A DNA stretch of 64,000 nucleotides. It comes from Candidatus Gastranaerophilales bacterium. GTDB taxonomy: Bacteria > Cyanobacteriota > Vampirovibrionia > Gastranaerophilales > Gastranaerophilaceae. The stretch spans positions 441,002 to 505,001 of the forward strand of contig CALVBN010000001.1 in assembly GCA_944325785.1 (NCBI GenBank). Direction: 5' to 3'. The first letter of the stretch is position 1, and each line of letters opens with the position of its first letter. A model generated the notes under the pieces. That model did no database searches. It was not told the origin of the DNA and saw only the letters and a program-made list of their open reading frames with translations. The position numbers were made by a program, and so were the translations under genes. This document shows positions 18,418 to 28,547 of this stretch, one piece after another.

Positions 18418-18840
18418 TTATTTAGCTGTAAACTTTTCTTGCAAAGAATCCAAATATTTCCAGATTGTTTTATAAGCAGATATTTTTTGTTGTTGTGTAC
18501 TTCCGCATATAAACTTTTCTGTAGGTTCATCAATACTTTTGCCGGAGAAACAATGATGCAAAGTCACTTTTGTTCGTTTTTCCTTTATTCTGTATGTAGG
18601 GACTCCCAGCATATTTAAAAATAAATTAGGTTCAGGTTCAGACACATAACTATTACAAAGCCCGACAATTATAGTATCTTTATCAGTACCAATAGCGTTA
18701 GCCTTTTCCTCTAATCTCTGCAAGGCTTTTTTAGGTAATAATTTTTGAGGTTTTTTAGACAAAGGCGGACCGCCGATAATGGTAAGTTTTGCATTAAAGT
18801 TTGTATTAGTCCGGTCAATATTAATCGCTTCTGTCCGCAT
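18418..18840 (-). CDS. Hypothetical protein
   Basis: 140-aa ORF; N-terminal leader ...NTNFNAK. Confidence 0.65.
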   Translation of the reverse strand: MRTEAINIDRTNTNFNAKLTIIGGPPLSKKPQKLLPKKALQRLEEKANAIGTDKDTIIVGLCNSYVSEPEPNLFLNMLGVPTYRIKEKRTKVTLHHCFSGKSIDEPTEKFICGSTQQQKISAYKTIWKYLDSLQEKFTAK

Positions 18841-18975
18841 GATGAATCCTTGTATTTATACTCCATATCTTGTACATATTAGCACAAAAATGCAGTATTG
18901 TTCTTTTTTTTAAGCATGGGGTTTACAAAAGAGTATGTTTTATGTAAGATATATTTTGTTACAATTAAATACTTT

Positions 18976-19065
18976 GGAGGAGTGCCAGAGCGGTTGATTG
19001 GAGCGGTCTTGAAAACCGTCGAACGTGCGAGCGTTCCGTGGGTTCGAATCCCACCTCCTCCTCCA
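18976..19065 (+). tRNA. tRNA-Ser (anticodon TGA), CCA encoded
   Basis: Acceptor GGAGGAG/CTCCTCC, anticodon loop CTTGAAA, long variable arm GAACG/CGTTC, T-arm GTGGG-TTCGAAT-CCCAC. Confidence 0.97.
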
Positions 19066-19066
19066 T

Positions 19067-19102
19067 TTTAAATCCCGAAGATTTTGTACTTCGGGATTTA
19101 AA
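19067..19102 (+). terminator. Terminator after tRNA-Ser
   Basis: TTTAAATCCCGAAG/CTTCGGGATTTAAA stem. Confidence 0.8.
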
Positions 19103-19463
19103 TTTGTTATACTTTAATGTCCAGCTCTTTACAAAAATATTTCTCTACAAATTAAAACACTCGCTCCCAGCATGCCTAAAGTCATAAATTTTATTCACTC
19201 CAACATTTTTATTCTATCTAATCCGAAATTCCCAAATGAGGATTATGGATTATGTAATTATCAACATCTTTATATTTAGCACTCAACCCATACATGGTAT
19301 AAAATTTCTTATACAAGTTAATCAGTTTCATAAATTTGCAGCTTTAATTTCGCAAAAGCTATTACAATGTTATTAAAAATTAAATTATAATATCAAATAA
19401 AATATCTCCGGAAAATATACTCTACTGATATAATCCGGAGATATAATGCATTTACTGTCTACT

Positions 19464-20018
19464 TTAAAAATTTATTTTCGTCTCATTACCATCATAATTA
19501 TCAAATATAAATGTTACATTTTGGATTTTGTCTAAATGCAGTCCCATTGCAAGAATCCTTATATTCTCTCCTTTTTTTATTGTATAATTTTTAGGAAAAT
19601 CATACAGGTATGGAGTTTGCTCCTTTGTACTTTTGAAACCATGGTAATCATCAATAAACGGAATATATGTCTGCCAGTACTTTAAGTTTCTGACATTAAC
19701 TCTTGTCCAGTGGCTTTTTCTCGTTATATTTTTGTTTGCATAATAATCAGAATCAACACCTTTTAACAATAAATCCCTGTCTGTATTGTTTGTTACAATG
19801 TATTCATAAGGAATACCTTCTTTATATGAATAGTCAAATTTAAAAACGTTTTTTTCTATTTTTATGCCATTTTGTTCATAAACATCACTTAAAACTTTTT
19901 GTAATGTTATTTCTTTTTCATAATTTTTGCGGGGGTTGGTATTGAACCAGGTATCTATAGACGCAAACACAGGTGCTGAGATGAATAAAATAACTGCAAG
20001 TATAAATATCTTTTTCAT
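19464..20018 (-). CDS. Hypothetical secreted protein
   Basis: Signal peptide MKKIFILAVILFISAPVFA; RBS AAGGAGG. Confidence 0.8.
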   Translation of the reverse strand: MKKIFILAVILFISAPVFASIDTWFNTNPRKNYEKEITLQKVLSDVYEQNGIKIEKNVFKFDYSYKEGIPYEYIVTNNTDRDLLLKGVDSDYYANKNITRKSHWTRVNVRNLKYWQTYIPFIDDYHGFKSTKEQTPYLYDFPKNYTIKKGENIRILAMGLHLDKIQNVTFIFDNYDGNETKINF

Positions 20019-20099
20019 TTTTACCTCCTTTTCTTGGCTATTTATTTTTACATATTTTTATTTAAATTTAAACCTTGCAGAAATAATTCTTAATAAAAC

Positions 20100-20630
20100 T
20101 TATACTTTTACTGTATGCTTTGTTAAATTAGAGGTTTTATTTAAATATTGTTCGTATATTTTATATGCTATGTTATCAGGATGTTTGGGGTAAATTTTTT
20201 GAGGAATTTCGTGTATAGGAACCCACTCTGCAGAATCTACTTCCGGAGATAAAATTAAATCTTTCTCGCAAGTCTTTGCAATAAAACCAATCATTAGCAT
20301 TTGTTTTAAGTCAAACCAAAGCGATGAGGCAATCTCCAATTCCGAGATATTTAATCCGACTTCTTCTTTAATCTCTCTCAAGACTGCTTCTTCGGCACTT
20401 TCTCCTTTTTGCATGTATCCTGCGACAAAAGTTGAATATTTATCAGAGATGTACGATTGTTTCAATAATAATGCTTCCCCATCAGGATTTACAATTAATG
20501 CTATTACACAGGTTGAAAATATATCGAACCAATAGCGGTCACATTTTTCACAAAATGGTATTAAACCATCATCTCCTGCTTTTTTTAATAATAATTTCTT
20601 TCCGCATAGCGGGCAATATTTAAATTCCAT
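20100..20630 (-). CDS. NudC-like NUDIX hydrolase with N-terminal zinc ribbon
   Basis: YCPLCG...CEKC; Nudix box GYMQKGESAEEAVLREIKEEVG. Confidence 0.9.
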   Translation of the reverse strand: MEFKYCPLCGKKLLLKKAGDDGLIPFCEKCDRYWFDIFSTCVIALIVNPDGEALLLKQSYISDKYSTFVAGYMQKGESAEEAVLREIKEEVGLNISELEIASSLWFDLKQMLMIGFIAKTCEKDLILSPEVDSAEWVPIHEIPQKIYPKHPDNIAYKIYEQYLNKTSNLTKHTVKV

Positions 20631-20907
20631 GTTTTATATATCCATATTGAAAATAGCTATTTTTAATTAATTTTATGTCTTAAATATCATAAGTTTATTG
20701 TAAAATAAAATTTCTTTATAAACTATAATAACTAATTTGTTTTTATAAATCTGCAGATATTTCTTACCCTTAGTATTTATAGTTATTTTGAGTACTGGGT
20801 ATCCGTTGTTTAGTTTTCAAGTTAAGTTTTGCCGGACACATTATACCAAATATCAAATCTTTCCGGCTTAACACAACTTTTGCCAGCCTAGCTTGTTGAT
20901 TTCTGTT

Positions 20908-22500
20908 TTATGCTTCATAAAACACAAGTGTATCACCGAGCTTGATTTCGGTATCTCCATTGGGTACGAATGCGCTGTTATTTCTTTTAATCAATGCGAT
21001 AAGAAAATTCTGCGGGCACTTGATTGTGTTAATTTTTTTGTTAAGCCATTCATGTCCCTTATCAATTGTAGTTTCGCATAATTTTATATCATTCTGAACG
21101 CTTGCAACTGTTGTTCCGAGAAGTATCTCATCTCCTTCCATAAGTTTAGTTCTGCCCTTGGGGAGAATTTTTTCATTATTTCTATTAATTGTCAAGATTA
21201 ATGCATTATCGCTGATATTAATATCTTTAATTTTGCGCCCTTTCCAGGGATGCGACTTTTTGATCAGAATTTTATCCAGTGCTATTGCTGACTCCTGCCG
21301 GTAATCATTAAATGTTTTTCTGACATCATTAAATCTGTCAATCATTCCATCCCGTTTTGCAATAACAGGAAGCATCGACCCCTGGATTGCAACCGATAAA
21401 AGCGAGGCAACAAATACAATATGGAACAAATCATACTTAAGGTTTGAGCTTTCGGCAACGGTCATAATCGCAAAAACGATGGACGCAGCGCCTCTGAGCC
21501 CTGCCCAGGAAATAAAAGAAATCTGATTCCAGGGAGCTTTGAAAGGGAGCATTATCAAGAATACTGCAAGGGGTCTTGCAATAAAGGATAAAAATAGTGT
21601 GATTAAAAGAGCCGGCACAAGTATTTCCGGAATTTTGCGCGGAAAAGATAAAAATCCGATTAAGAAAAATATTAAAACTTGCGCCAGAGCCGTAATCCCG
21701 TCGAAAAAATATATTAGATTAACTTTGTTTCTTATTTCGCTGTTTCCAAGTATAATTCCTGTTATGTATACGCTTAAATATCCGTTGCCTCCTGATAAAT
21801 CAGCTATTGAAAAAGAAGCAAGCGCAGATGCAACCATAAATATTGTGTCGCTTCCTTCGCTTAAAAGTTTTGTCTTTTTGAATATGAACAGCGCGCTGAA
21901 TGCGGTTAATATTCCAAATGTAATGCCCCAGAACAGCTGATTAAAGAGCATGGGCATCAGCGAAGCGGGCTCGCCTCCTTTCAGCAATACTATACCGAGC
22001 ATTGTAAGCATATATGCAAAAGGGTCATTGCTTCCGCTCTCCATTTCCAAAATCGGAGCCGTATTGTATTTTAGGTTAAGCCGTTTTGAACGTAAAATAG
22101 AGAAAACGGATGCCGCGTCGGTAGAGCTTATAATAGCGCCGATTAAAAAGCTCTCTGCAAACGAGATTTTTAGTATAAAATAGCAGAATGCAGATGTGAA
22201 AAGCGCGGTAAGAACCGTTCCAAAGGATGAAAGCAATACTGCCTGGACAGTAGCTTTGTTATCATTAGATTTTTTTGTACAGAATCCGCCATAAAAAATT
22301 ATAAAAATCAAACCGAGCGAGCATAGTTTTGAAGTCAAATTATAGTCGCTGAATGATATCTTCAAAATTCCGTCAGAGCCGAATAATACGCCTAGGAACA
22401 TAAAAAATACAAGGGATGGTATTCCGAGTATGTTTGAAAATTTGTTGGTTATTATACAAGATAGTATGACAACTGAGCAGAATAGTATAATAACCGACAT
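20908..22500 (-). CDS. cvrA: K+/H+ antiporter (CvrA/NhaP2 type) with two TrkA-C (RCK_C) domains
   Basis: SSTDAASVFSILR, LEMESGSNDP, WAGLRGAASIVFA; ATG 22500 preceded by GGAGAG (ORF track begins at 22515). Confidence 0.92.
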   Translation of the reverse strand: MSVIILFCSVVILSCIITNKFSNILGIPSLVFFMFLGVLFGSDGILKISFSDYNLTSKLCSLGLIFIIFYGGFCTKKSNDNKATVQAVLLSSFGTVLTALFTSAFCYFILKISFAESFLIGAIISSTDAASVFSILRSKRLNLKYNTAPILEMESGSNDPFAYMLTMLGIVLLKGGEPASLMPMLFNQLFWGITFGILTAFSALFIFKKTKLLSEGSDTIFMVASALASFSIADLSGGNGYLSVYITGIILGNSEIRNKVNLIYFFDGITALAQVLIFFLIGFLSFPRKIPEILVPALLITLFLSFIARPLAVFLIMLPFKAPWNQISFISWAGLRGAASIVFAIMTVAESSNLKYDLFHIVFVASLLSVAIQGSMLPVIAKRDGMIDRFNDVRKTFNDYRQESAIALDKILIKKSHPWKGRKIKDINISDNALILTINRNNEKILPKGRTKLMEGDEILLGTTVASVQNDIKLCETTIDKGHEWLNKKINTIKCPQNFLIALIKRNNSAFVPNGDTEIKLGDTLVFYEA

Positions 22501-22647
22501 TTTTCTCTCCTGCACGTATTATAGCGGAACGTTATAAAAATTTCGTAGCCCGTATGTACATGAAGGAATGCTAATATTTGGGCTTAAATATCTATAGAAA
22601 AACAAGGGAAAGAATCTGCTCTCTCCCTTGTTAAATTTTCCGTTTGG

Positions 22648-23685
22648 CTATTTTAAGTTTTCGTTAAAGAATTCCGTTATCTTATCAAAAGGAATTTTTT
22701 CTAAGTTGTCGTACAAGTCGACATGGCTTGCGCCATCTATGATTAAAAGTTCTTTGTTTGCGCCTTTAAGCTTTTTGAATGCATCTTCGCTAAAGTAACG
22801 GCTGTGGGCTTTTTCTCCGTGAATCATCAGGACAGCATTTTTGATTTCATTGCTGTAGGTAAGAATTGGCATATTCATAAACGATAAAGAAGATGTCATA
22901 TTCCAGTGTCCGTTAGAATTAATCGAGCGTTCGTGGAAACCGCGTGAGGTTTTGTAATAATTGAAGTAATCCTGCACAAATTGAGGTTCTTCTCCTGTAA
23001 GTTTGTCCGGAAGTCCGTCTGCCTCTGCATATGTTCCGTTTTTAAAATCTTCTGTTCTCTGAGCATTGAGTTTTTCTCTCAATTCATATCTTGCCTTTTC
23101 GTCCATTGAGTCAAAATATCCGTTAGCGTTCACTCTGCTCATATCATACATTGTAGATGTGACGGTTGCTTTAATTCTTGTATCCATTGCCGCAGCATTC
23201 AATCCCATACCGCCGAAACCGCATATTCCAAGAATTCCTATTTTAGCGGGGTCAACATCTTTTCTACAGCTTAGATAGTCAACAGCTGCAGAAAAGTCTT
23301 CCGTGTTAATATCAGGAGATGCGACATTTCTCGGCTCACCGCCGCTTTCTCCGGTATAAGAAGGGTCAAATGCCAGTGTTATGAAGCCTCGTTCAGCCAG
23401 TGTCTGAGCATATAGTCCTGAAGCCTGTTCTTTTACTGCGCCAAAAGGACCGCTTATTGCAACCGCAGGATATTGCATTCTGCTTTTTTCTTTCGGCGTA
23501 TATAAGTCTCCGGTCAGCTCAATGCCGTATCTGTTTTTAAAGTGTACCTTTTTTACATCGACTTTATCGCTTTTAGCAAAAGTTTTGTCCCAATCATTGT
23601 TTTTTGCAATACTCATAAGACTGCCTCCTATCATTAATGTACAAATCATACAAACTGAAATTACTTTAGAAAGAATATTTTTCAT
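22648..23685 (-). CDS. Secreted alpha/beta hydrolase
   Basis: SGPFGAVKEQASGLYA, GICGFGG, HGEKAHS, ASHVDLYD. Confidence 0.9.
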   Translation of the reverse strand: MKNILSKVISVCMICTLMIGGSLMSIAKNNDWDKTFAKSDKVDVKKVHFKNRYGIELTGDLYTPKEKSRMQYPAVAISGPFGAVKEQASGLYAQTLAERGFITLAFDPSYTGESGGEPRNVASPDINTEDFSAAVDYLSCRKDVDPAKIGILGICGFGGMGLNAAAMDTRIKATVTSTMYDMSRVNANGYFDSMDEKARYELREKLNAQRTEDFKNGTYAEADGLPDKLTGEEPQFVQDYFNYYKTSRGFHERSINSNGHWNMTSSLSFMNMPILTYSNEIKNAVLMIHGEKAHSRYFSEDAFKKLKGANKELLIIDGASHVDLYDNLEKIPFDKITEFFNENLK

Positions 23686-23699
23686 TAACCATTCTCCTG

Positions 23700-24575
23700 T
23701 TATACTAATACTGGTGCAAAGCGGTTTTCAATACAGTCAAGAACTATTTTTGCATACGTTTCATGCATACCGTAGAATATATGGGAAGCCCCTTCAACTT
23801 CAATAACACGGTTTTTCTGCGGGTGTTTTGTCCAGAAATTCAATGTTTCCATAAATTTTTTCGGGCTTTCTCCGGTTACCGAATCTCTTGAGCCGATAAT
23901 AAAGGCTCCGTTTGGTTTTATATTGTACAAGGATTCAACTTCCCCCTGCCCGCTTAATACCGGACAGTTTTTTAAATTCTCTGCATTATAAAATCCCAAA
24001 ACTGCATTTGCAGTCATTGGAGAAAATCCACCAAACATAAAAGGAAGAATGTCTTCTCCTCTTCCGCTATCAGCCCAGGATTTTGCAAGCTCCAAGCAAC
24101 TGTCTATATTCGGCATAATGTTCCACCAATGCATAATATCAATCGGTGAAGATAAAATAAAATAATCTGCCAAATCATCCGGAGTGTTTCCGAGATAATG
24201 GATTATTTTATTAGAACCGAGCGAATGCCCGCCGAGGATTATATTTTTAAACCCCATTTCTTTTGCATATTTAACATAGCTTTCAACATCTTCGTAAACC
24301 ATATTGAAATCGTCATTAAATACACCGGCATGTCTTTGTTTTCCTATAGAATAATCAGTATAAGCAAAGCAGGAAAAAGAATCATGCGCGTGTGCAATAA
24401 TACAGGTAATGCCGTTTTGGCTCAAAAGTTTTCCCGTGGAGTACAAAAGCTCGTTTTGGAAAACATTTGAACAGATTCCAGTAAGCATAACAAGAACCGT
24501 ATCATTGCTGTTATCTCCGAATATCGCGCCTTTTAGTTCCAAACCTCTGGGTGTTTTAACTTTTAAAATATCCAT
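23700..24575 (-). CDS. Alpha/beta hydrolase (DUF1749-like)
   Basis: Nucleophile elbow GHSLG; C-terminal ASHIF histidine. Confidence 0.85.
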   Translation of the reverse strand: MDILKVKTPRGLELKGAIFGDNSNDTVLVMLTGICSNVFQNELLYSTGKLLSQNGITCIIAHAHDSFSCFAYTDYSIGKQRHAGVFNDDFNMVYEDVESYVKYAKEMGFKNIILGGHSLGSNKIIHYLGNTPDDLADYFILSSPIDIMHWWNIMPNIDSCLELAKSWADSGRGEDILPFMFGGFSPMTANAVLGFYNAENLKNCPVLSGQGEVESLYNIKPNGAFIIGSRDSVTGESPKKFMETLNFWTKHPQKNRVIEVEGASHIFYGMHETYAKIVLDCIENRFAPVLV

Positions 24576-24690
24576 AATTTTACTCCTAATTATATTTTTA
24601 TTATTTAATATTTAAAGAAAATAGCAAATACTTATATTACATAATCAAAAATGCTTGACAGGTATAATTAAATAATATATTTTATTTAAT

Positions 24691-25590
24691 ATGGAAATAC
24701 GCGTTTTAAAATATTTTTTGGCAATAGCAAGAGAGGGCAGCATTACGCGGGCAGCTAATTCGCTTCATCTTACCCAGCCGACGCTGACACGGCAGATTCA
24801 AGAGCTAGAGAAGGAGCTCGGGCATAAACTGTTTGTACGCGGTAAATACAAAGTTACTCTGACCAATGAAGGCATAATGCTGAAACAGCGTGCAGAAGAA
24901 ATTCTCGATATGGTAGATAAAACAGAGGCTGAGTTTAAATCCATAAAAGATACCGTAAGCGGTGATATTTATATCGGAAGCGGTGAAACAGAATCAATGA
25001 GGTATATTGCAGAAGTTATAAAAGATCTTCAAAAACAGTATCCGGAGATAAAGTACCATATTTACAGCGGAAATGCCGAAGATGTAACAGAAAAACTTGA
25101 CAAAGGACTTCTTGATTTCGGAGTCTTAATTCAGCCCATAGATTTATCAAAGTATGATCATATTACACTGCCGTCAAATGATGTCTGGGGCGTCATAATG
25201 CGCAGTGACAGTCCTCTAGCACATAAACAGGTTATTACCCTTGAGGATTTAGTTAAAGTGCCTATAATAGCCTCAAGGCAGATGTCAAGAAAATATTCTG
25301 CAGAGAGCGGGTTTTTGGACTGGTTCGGAGAAGAGTTTGATAAATTAAATATTACAGCTACTTATAACCTTGTTTATAACGCAGCGATAATGGTTAAAGC
25401 AAATATAGGATATGCCGTTTCACTCAAAGGGCTTGTGAATACTTCATCCGGTCTTTGCTTCATTCCATTGAGCCCAAAGCTGGAATCCGGCTTGGATATT
25501 GTGTGGAAGAAAAACCAAATTTTTTCTCCGGCATCAAAGATTTTTCTGGAACGCTTAAAGAAAAAGCTTGAAAACCTGCCGAAAGACTAG
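24691..25590 (+). CDS. LysR-family transcriptional regulator
   Basis: LKYFLAIAREGSITRAANSLHLTQPTLTRQIQELE HTH; divergent from the hydrolase genes. Confidence 0.95.
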   Translation: MEIRVLKYFLAIAREGSITRAANSLHLTQPTLTRQIQELEKELGHKLFVRGKYKVTLTNEGIMLKQRAEEILDMVDKTEAEFKSIKDTVSGDIYIGSGETESMRYIAEVIKDLQKQYPEIKYHIYSGNAEDVTEKLDKGLLDFGVLIQPIDLSKYDHITLPSNDVWGVIMRSDSPLAHKQVITLEDLVKVPIIASRQMSRKYSAESGFLDWFGEEFDKLNITATYNLVYNAAIMVKANIGYAVSLKGLVNTSSGLCFIPLSPKLESGLDIVWKKNQIFSPASKIFLERLKKKLENLPKD

Positions 25591-26702
25591 CTGAAATATT
25601 CTCGTATTATTTTTTCGATTTGGCGGGAAGATGTTCCGTCGCCGTACGGATTTTGTGCTTTTAATCTGGTTTCGCTCTTAGAAGAAGCAAGAATTTTTTC
25701 GCTTTCCTCAAGAATTTTTTCGTAATCCGCGCCGACGAGCTTAGAAACGCCTGCTTCTATACCTTCTTTTCTTTCGGTTTCGTAGCGCATAACAAGGGTC
25801 GGGCAGGCAAATGAAGGCGCTTCTTCCTGAATTCCGCCGGAATCTGTTAAAATCAGTTTTGCATGTTTCATTAAATAAACAAGATACGGGTAGTCAAGAG
25901 GCGGTAAAAGATGAATATTTTTAAGATTACCGAGTCTTTCATATATTTTATTTTTGACATTCGGGTTCGGGTGAACAGGGATTACGAAGGTGTGATCAGA
26001 ATATTTTTGCGCAAGGTATGATATTGCATCTATTATTCTGTCAATTCTTTCTCCGTGGTTTTCCCGCCTGTGCGCCGTAATCAAAACCAGTTTGTCATCA
26101 ATAGGAATATTTTTTTCTTGATAAAACTTTTCAGAATGTTCAATAACTTCTTTGGATAGGCAAAACAGTGCGTCTATAACGGTGTTTCCGGTTATATGAA
26201 TTTTATTTTCCGGAATATTTTCTTTCAACAGCGCATTTTTATTTACCTCTGTCGGCGCGAAGTGTAATTCTGCGACCCTTGAAGTCATCTGGCGCATAAC
26301 TTCTTCCGGAAAAGGCTCATATATGTCGTACGAACGAAGCCCTGCTTCCACGTGGAAAACCGGAATTTTATGATAAAAACTGGTTAAAGCTCCGCATAAA
26401 ACTGTCATTGTATCGCCTTGTACGATTGATGCGTCAATTTTGTTTTCGCAAAAGACTTTATCTAAAGATATCAAAAGCCTTGCCTGGACAGAAGCTAGAG
26501 ATTGATTTTCTCTCATGCAGTCAAGGTTGATATCGGCTTTTAATCCAAAATAAGCCAGGGTTTGATTTGACAGCTCTTTTTGCTGTTCTGTATTGCATAT
26601 AATCACGTTATAATCTTGAGGAAATTTTTTCATCTCAAGTATAACAGGCGCTAGCTTAATAATTTCCGGACGTGTTCCAAAGATAAAAATAATATTTTTC
26701 AT
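25587..26702 (-). CDS. wecB: UDP-N-acetylglucosamine 2-epimerase (non-hydrolysing)
   Basis: FGTRPEIIKLAP, VQGDT, HVEAGLRS, TAHRREN, DSGGIQEEAP, NPYGDG. Confidence 0.97.
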   Translation of the reverse strand: MKNIIFIFGTRPEIIKLAPVILEMKKFPQDYNVIICNTEQQKELSNQTLAYFGLKADINLDCMRENQSLASVQARLLISLDKVFCENKIDASIVQGDTMTVLCGALTSFYHKIPVFHVEAGLRSYDIYEPFPEEVMRQMTSRVAELHFAPTEVNKNALLKENIPENKIHITGNTVIDALFCLSKEVIEHSEKFYQEKNIPIDDKLVLITAHRRENHGERIDRIIDAISYLAQKYSDHTFVIPVHPNPNVKNKIYERLGNLKNIHLLPPLDYPYLVYLMKHAKLILTDSGGIQEEAPSFACPTLVMRYETERKEGIEAGVSKLVGADYEKILEESEKILASSKSETRLKAQNPYGDGTSSRQIEKIIREYFS

Positions 26703-26899
26703 ACTGGTTATTATACAATAAAATTAATTTTGTTGGATAAATAAAGAATTTATCTAAGACAAACAAAAAATTTTGACAAATTTTATTGTAACCGGATGCA
26801 GGCTAAAGTAGAATTCAATGTAAATTATTGTAAATTTTTTTCAAAAACTAGCAATAAAATTTTTTAGGGGCTTTCTTATATTAGAAGAAGAAGGTCAAA

Positions 26900-28498
26900 A
26901 TGAATTTAAGAATACCAGCAATTAATATAAATATTGTTCCAAAGCCGGTTTTTAGGGCTGAAACAGGCTTTAGCATGCCGGAGAACAAGCTTGAAAAAAC
27001 TCCTAATAATGACACTTTTGAAATATCTGTCGGATATGTCAACGATACGCATGGGCAGACAAATAATATGATGCGGATTTTATCCGGTATTAAAGGAGAT
27101 TTAAAATTATCTGCCGGTGATAACGATATCGGAGATGAAAAGAATGACAAAATCCACCTTGCCACAGCAAAATTTTTGAATATTGCAGATATTAAGGCTT
27201 CTGCTCTCGGAAACCACGAAATTGATATGTCACAAAAAGACTGTATTGAAGCGATTAACCGTATGAACGGCGAAATGCTTGCAGTTAACTTCGAGCAAAT
27301 TCCGCTTTCCGAGCAGGATGAAGATGATATTAAAAAGTTTGGAAGGGCAGATTTAAAGGGCGCTCTTAAAAAATCAACCATTGTTGAAGTAAAAGGCGAG
27401 AAAATCGGATTGATAGGCGCATGCCCGATGGATATGCTTGAAAGGCTGACTCATCCTAATTATTATAAAGACTGCTCCGTAGAGGATTTGGATGATACCA
27501 TTGAACTTATTCAAGAAGAAATTGATAAATTACGCGGACAAGGAGTAAATAAGATTATACTGCTCTCACATATGGGGCATAAAAGAGATATTAAAACAGC
27601 CCAGGAGCTTGACGGGCTTGATGTCATAATTGGCGGGCATACGCATGAACTCCTAAAAGATATTAAAGAAGGCGAAAACCTTATTTATTCTAAAACCGGT
27701 GAACCGGTTATTATTACAGAGGCTGGACGCGACGGAAATTATTTCGGAAAGCTTAACTTGACATTTGATAAGGACGGCGTAATTACAAAAGCGCAGAATA
27801 ACCTCGGAAATACGGGAAATTTCTTTAAAAACATGATTAATCAATATGTTTTTGATAACATTCTCGGAGTTCCGGAAAGAGTCGGGTATGTAAAACAGGC
27901 GCCTCCTCCGCCGGCTAATCTGGCGGAAGAAAATCCGCATGCAAACTTTGTATGCGATATTATGCGCGAAAAAACTAATTCAGACATAGCCCTCTGGCAC
28001 CACAGCGGAGTTAGAAACTTTTTCCATGAAGGAGAAATTGACTCTCGCGATGTAAAAGACATGGCGCCGTTTTTGGACTATATTGTAGTGGCTGATGTGC
28101 CGGAAGATACTCTGGTAGAAGCTTTTAAAAAGGCTGTAAAAGTTACATATGAATCTCCTAATATGAAACCTGGACTGCTAGCGGTTTCTGGTTTGAATTA
28201 TACTGTTAATCCGGAAGAAGGGACTCTGACCGAGATGAATTTTATTGACAAAGACGGCAGAGAACATGAAATTGATATTGAACATCCGGATAAGAATAAA
28301 AAATACAGAGTTGTAACAGATGAATTCTTAATGTCTGCGGGTGCGGATTATAACGTACTTGCTCCAGAAGAATTGTATGTAGAAAAATATCCTTTTGATA
28401 AAGATGTTCTGATAAGCAGTTATATAAAGGAAAAGAATGAGCCTGTTATAATAAATCACACAGGACGTATCAGATATGAATCTGATGATGACGATTAA
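26900..28498 (+). CDS. 5'-nucleotidase/UshA-family metallophosphoesterase, paralog 1
   Basis: YVNDTHG, SAGD, LGNHEID, LLSHMG, IIGGHTHE plus C-terminal 5'-nucleotidase domain (SGVRN, LAVSGLNY). Confidence 0.9.
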   Translation: MNLRIPAININIVPKPVFRAETGFSMPENKLEKTPNNDTFEISVGYVNDTHGQTNNMMRILSGIKGDLKLSAGDNDIGDEKNDKIHLATAKFLNIADIKASALGNHEIDMSQKDCIEAINRMNGEMLAVNFEQIPLSEQDEDDIKKFGRADLKGALKKSTIVEVKGEKIGLIGACPMDMLERLTHPNYYKDCSVEDLDDTIELIQEEIDKLRGQGVNKIILLSHMGHKRDIKTAQELDGLDVIIGGHTHELLKDIKEGENLIYSKTGEPVIITEAGRDGNYFGKLNLTFDKDGVITKAQNNLGNTGNFFKNMINQYVFDNILGVPERVGYVKQAPPPPANLAEENPHANFVCDIMREKTNSDIALWHHSGVRNFFHEGEIDSRDVKDMAPFLDYIVVADVPEDTLVEAFKKAVKVTYESPNMKPGLLAVSGLNYTVNPEEGTLTEMNFIDKDGREHEIDIEHPDKNKKYRVVTDEFLMSAGADYNVLAPEELYVEKYPFDKDVLISSYIKEKNEPVIINHTGRIRYESDDDD

Positions 28499-28547
28499 AT
28501 AGCAAAAAATATATTTAGGCGTTTTATTATTCAAAAAGCAGGAAACC

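Noticed and set aside
18976-19065. Unusual U73 discriminator in tRNA-Ser
   Set aside because: As I recall, U73 also occurs in Ser(UGA) tRNAs of the cyanobacterial/plastid lineage, so it is probably not novel. Not verified.
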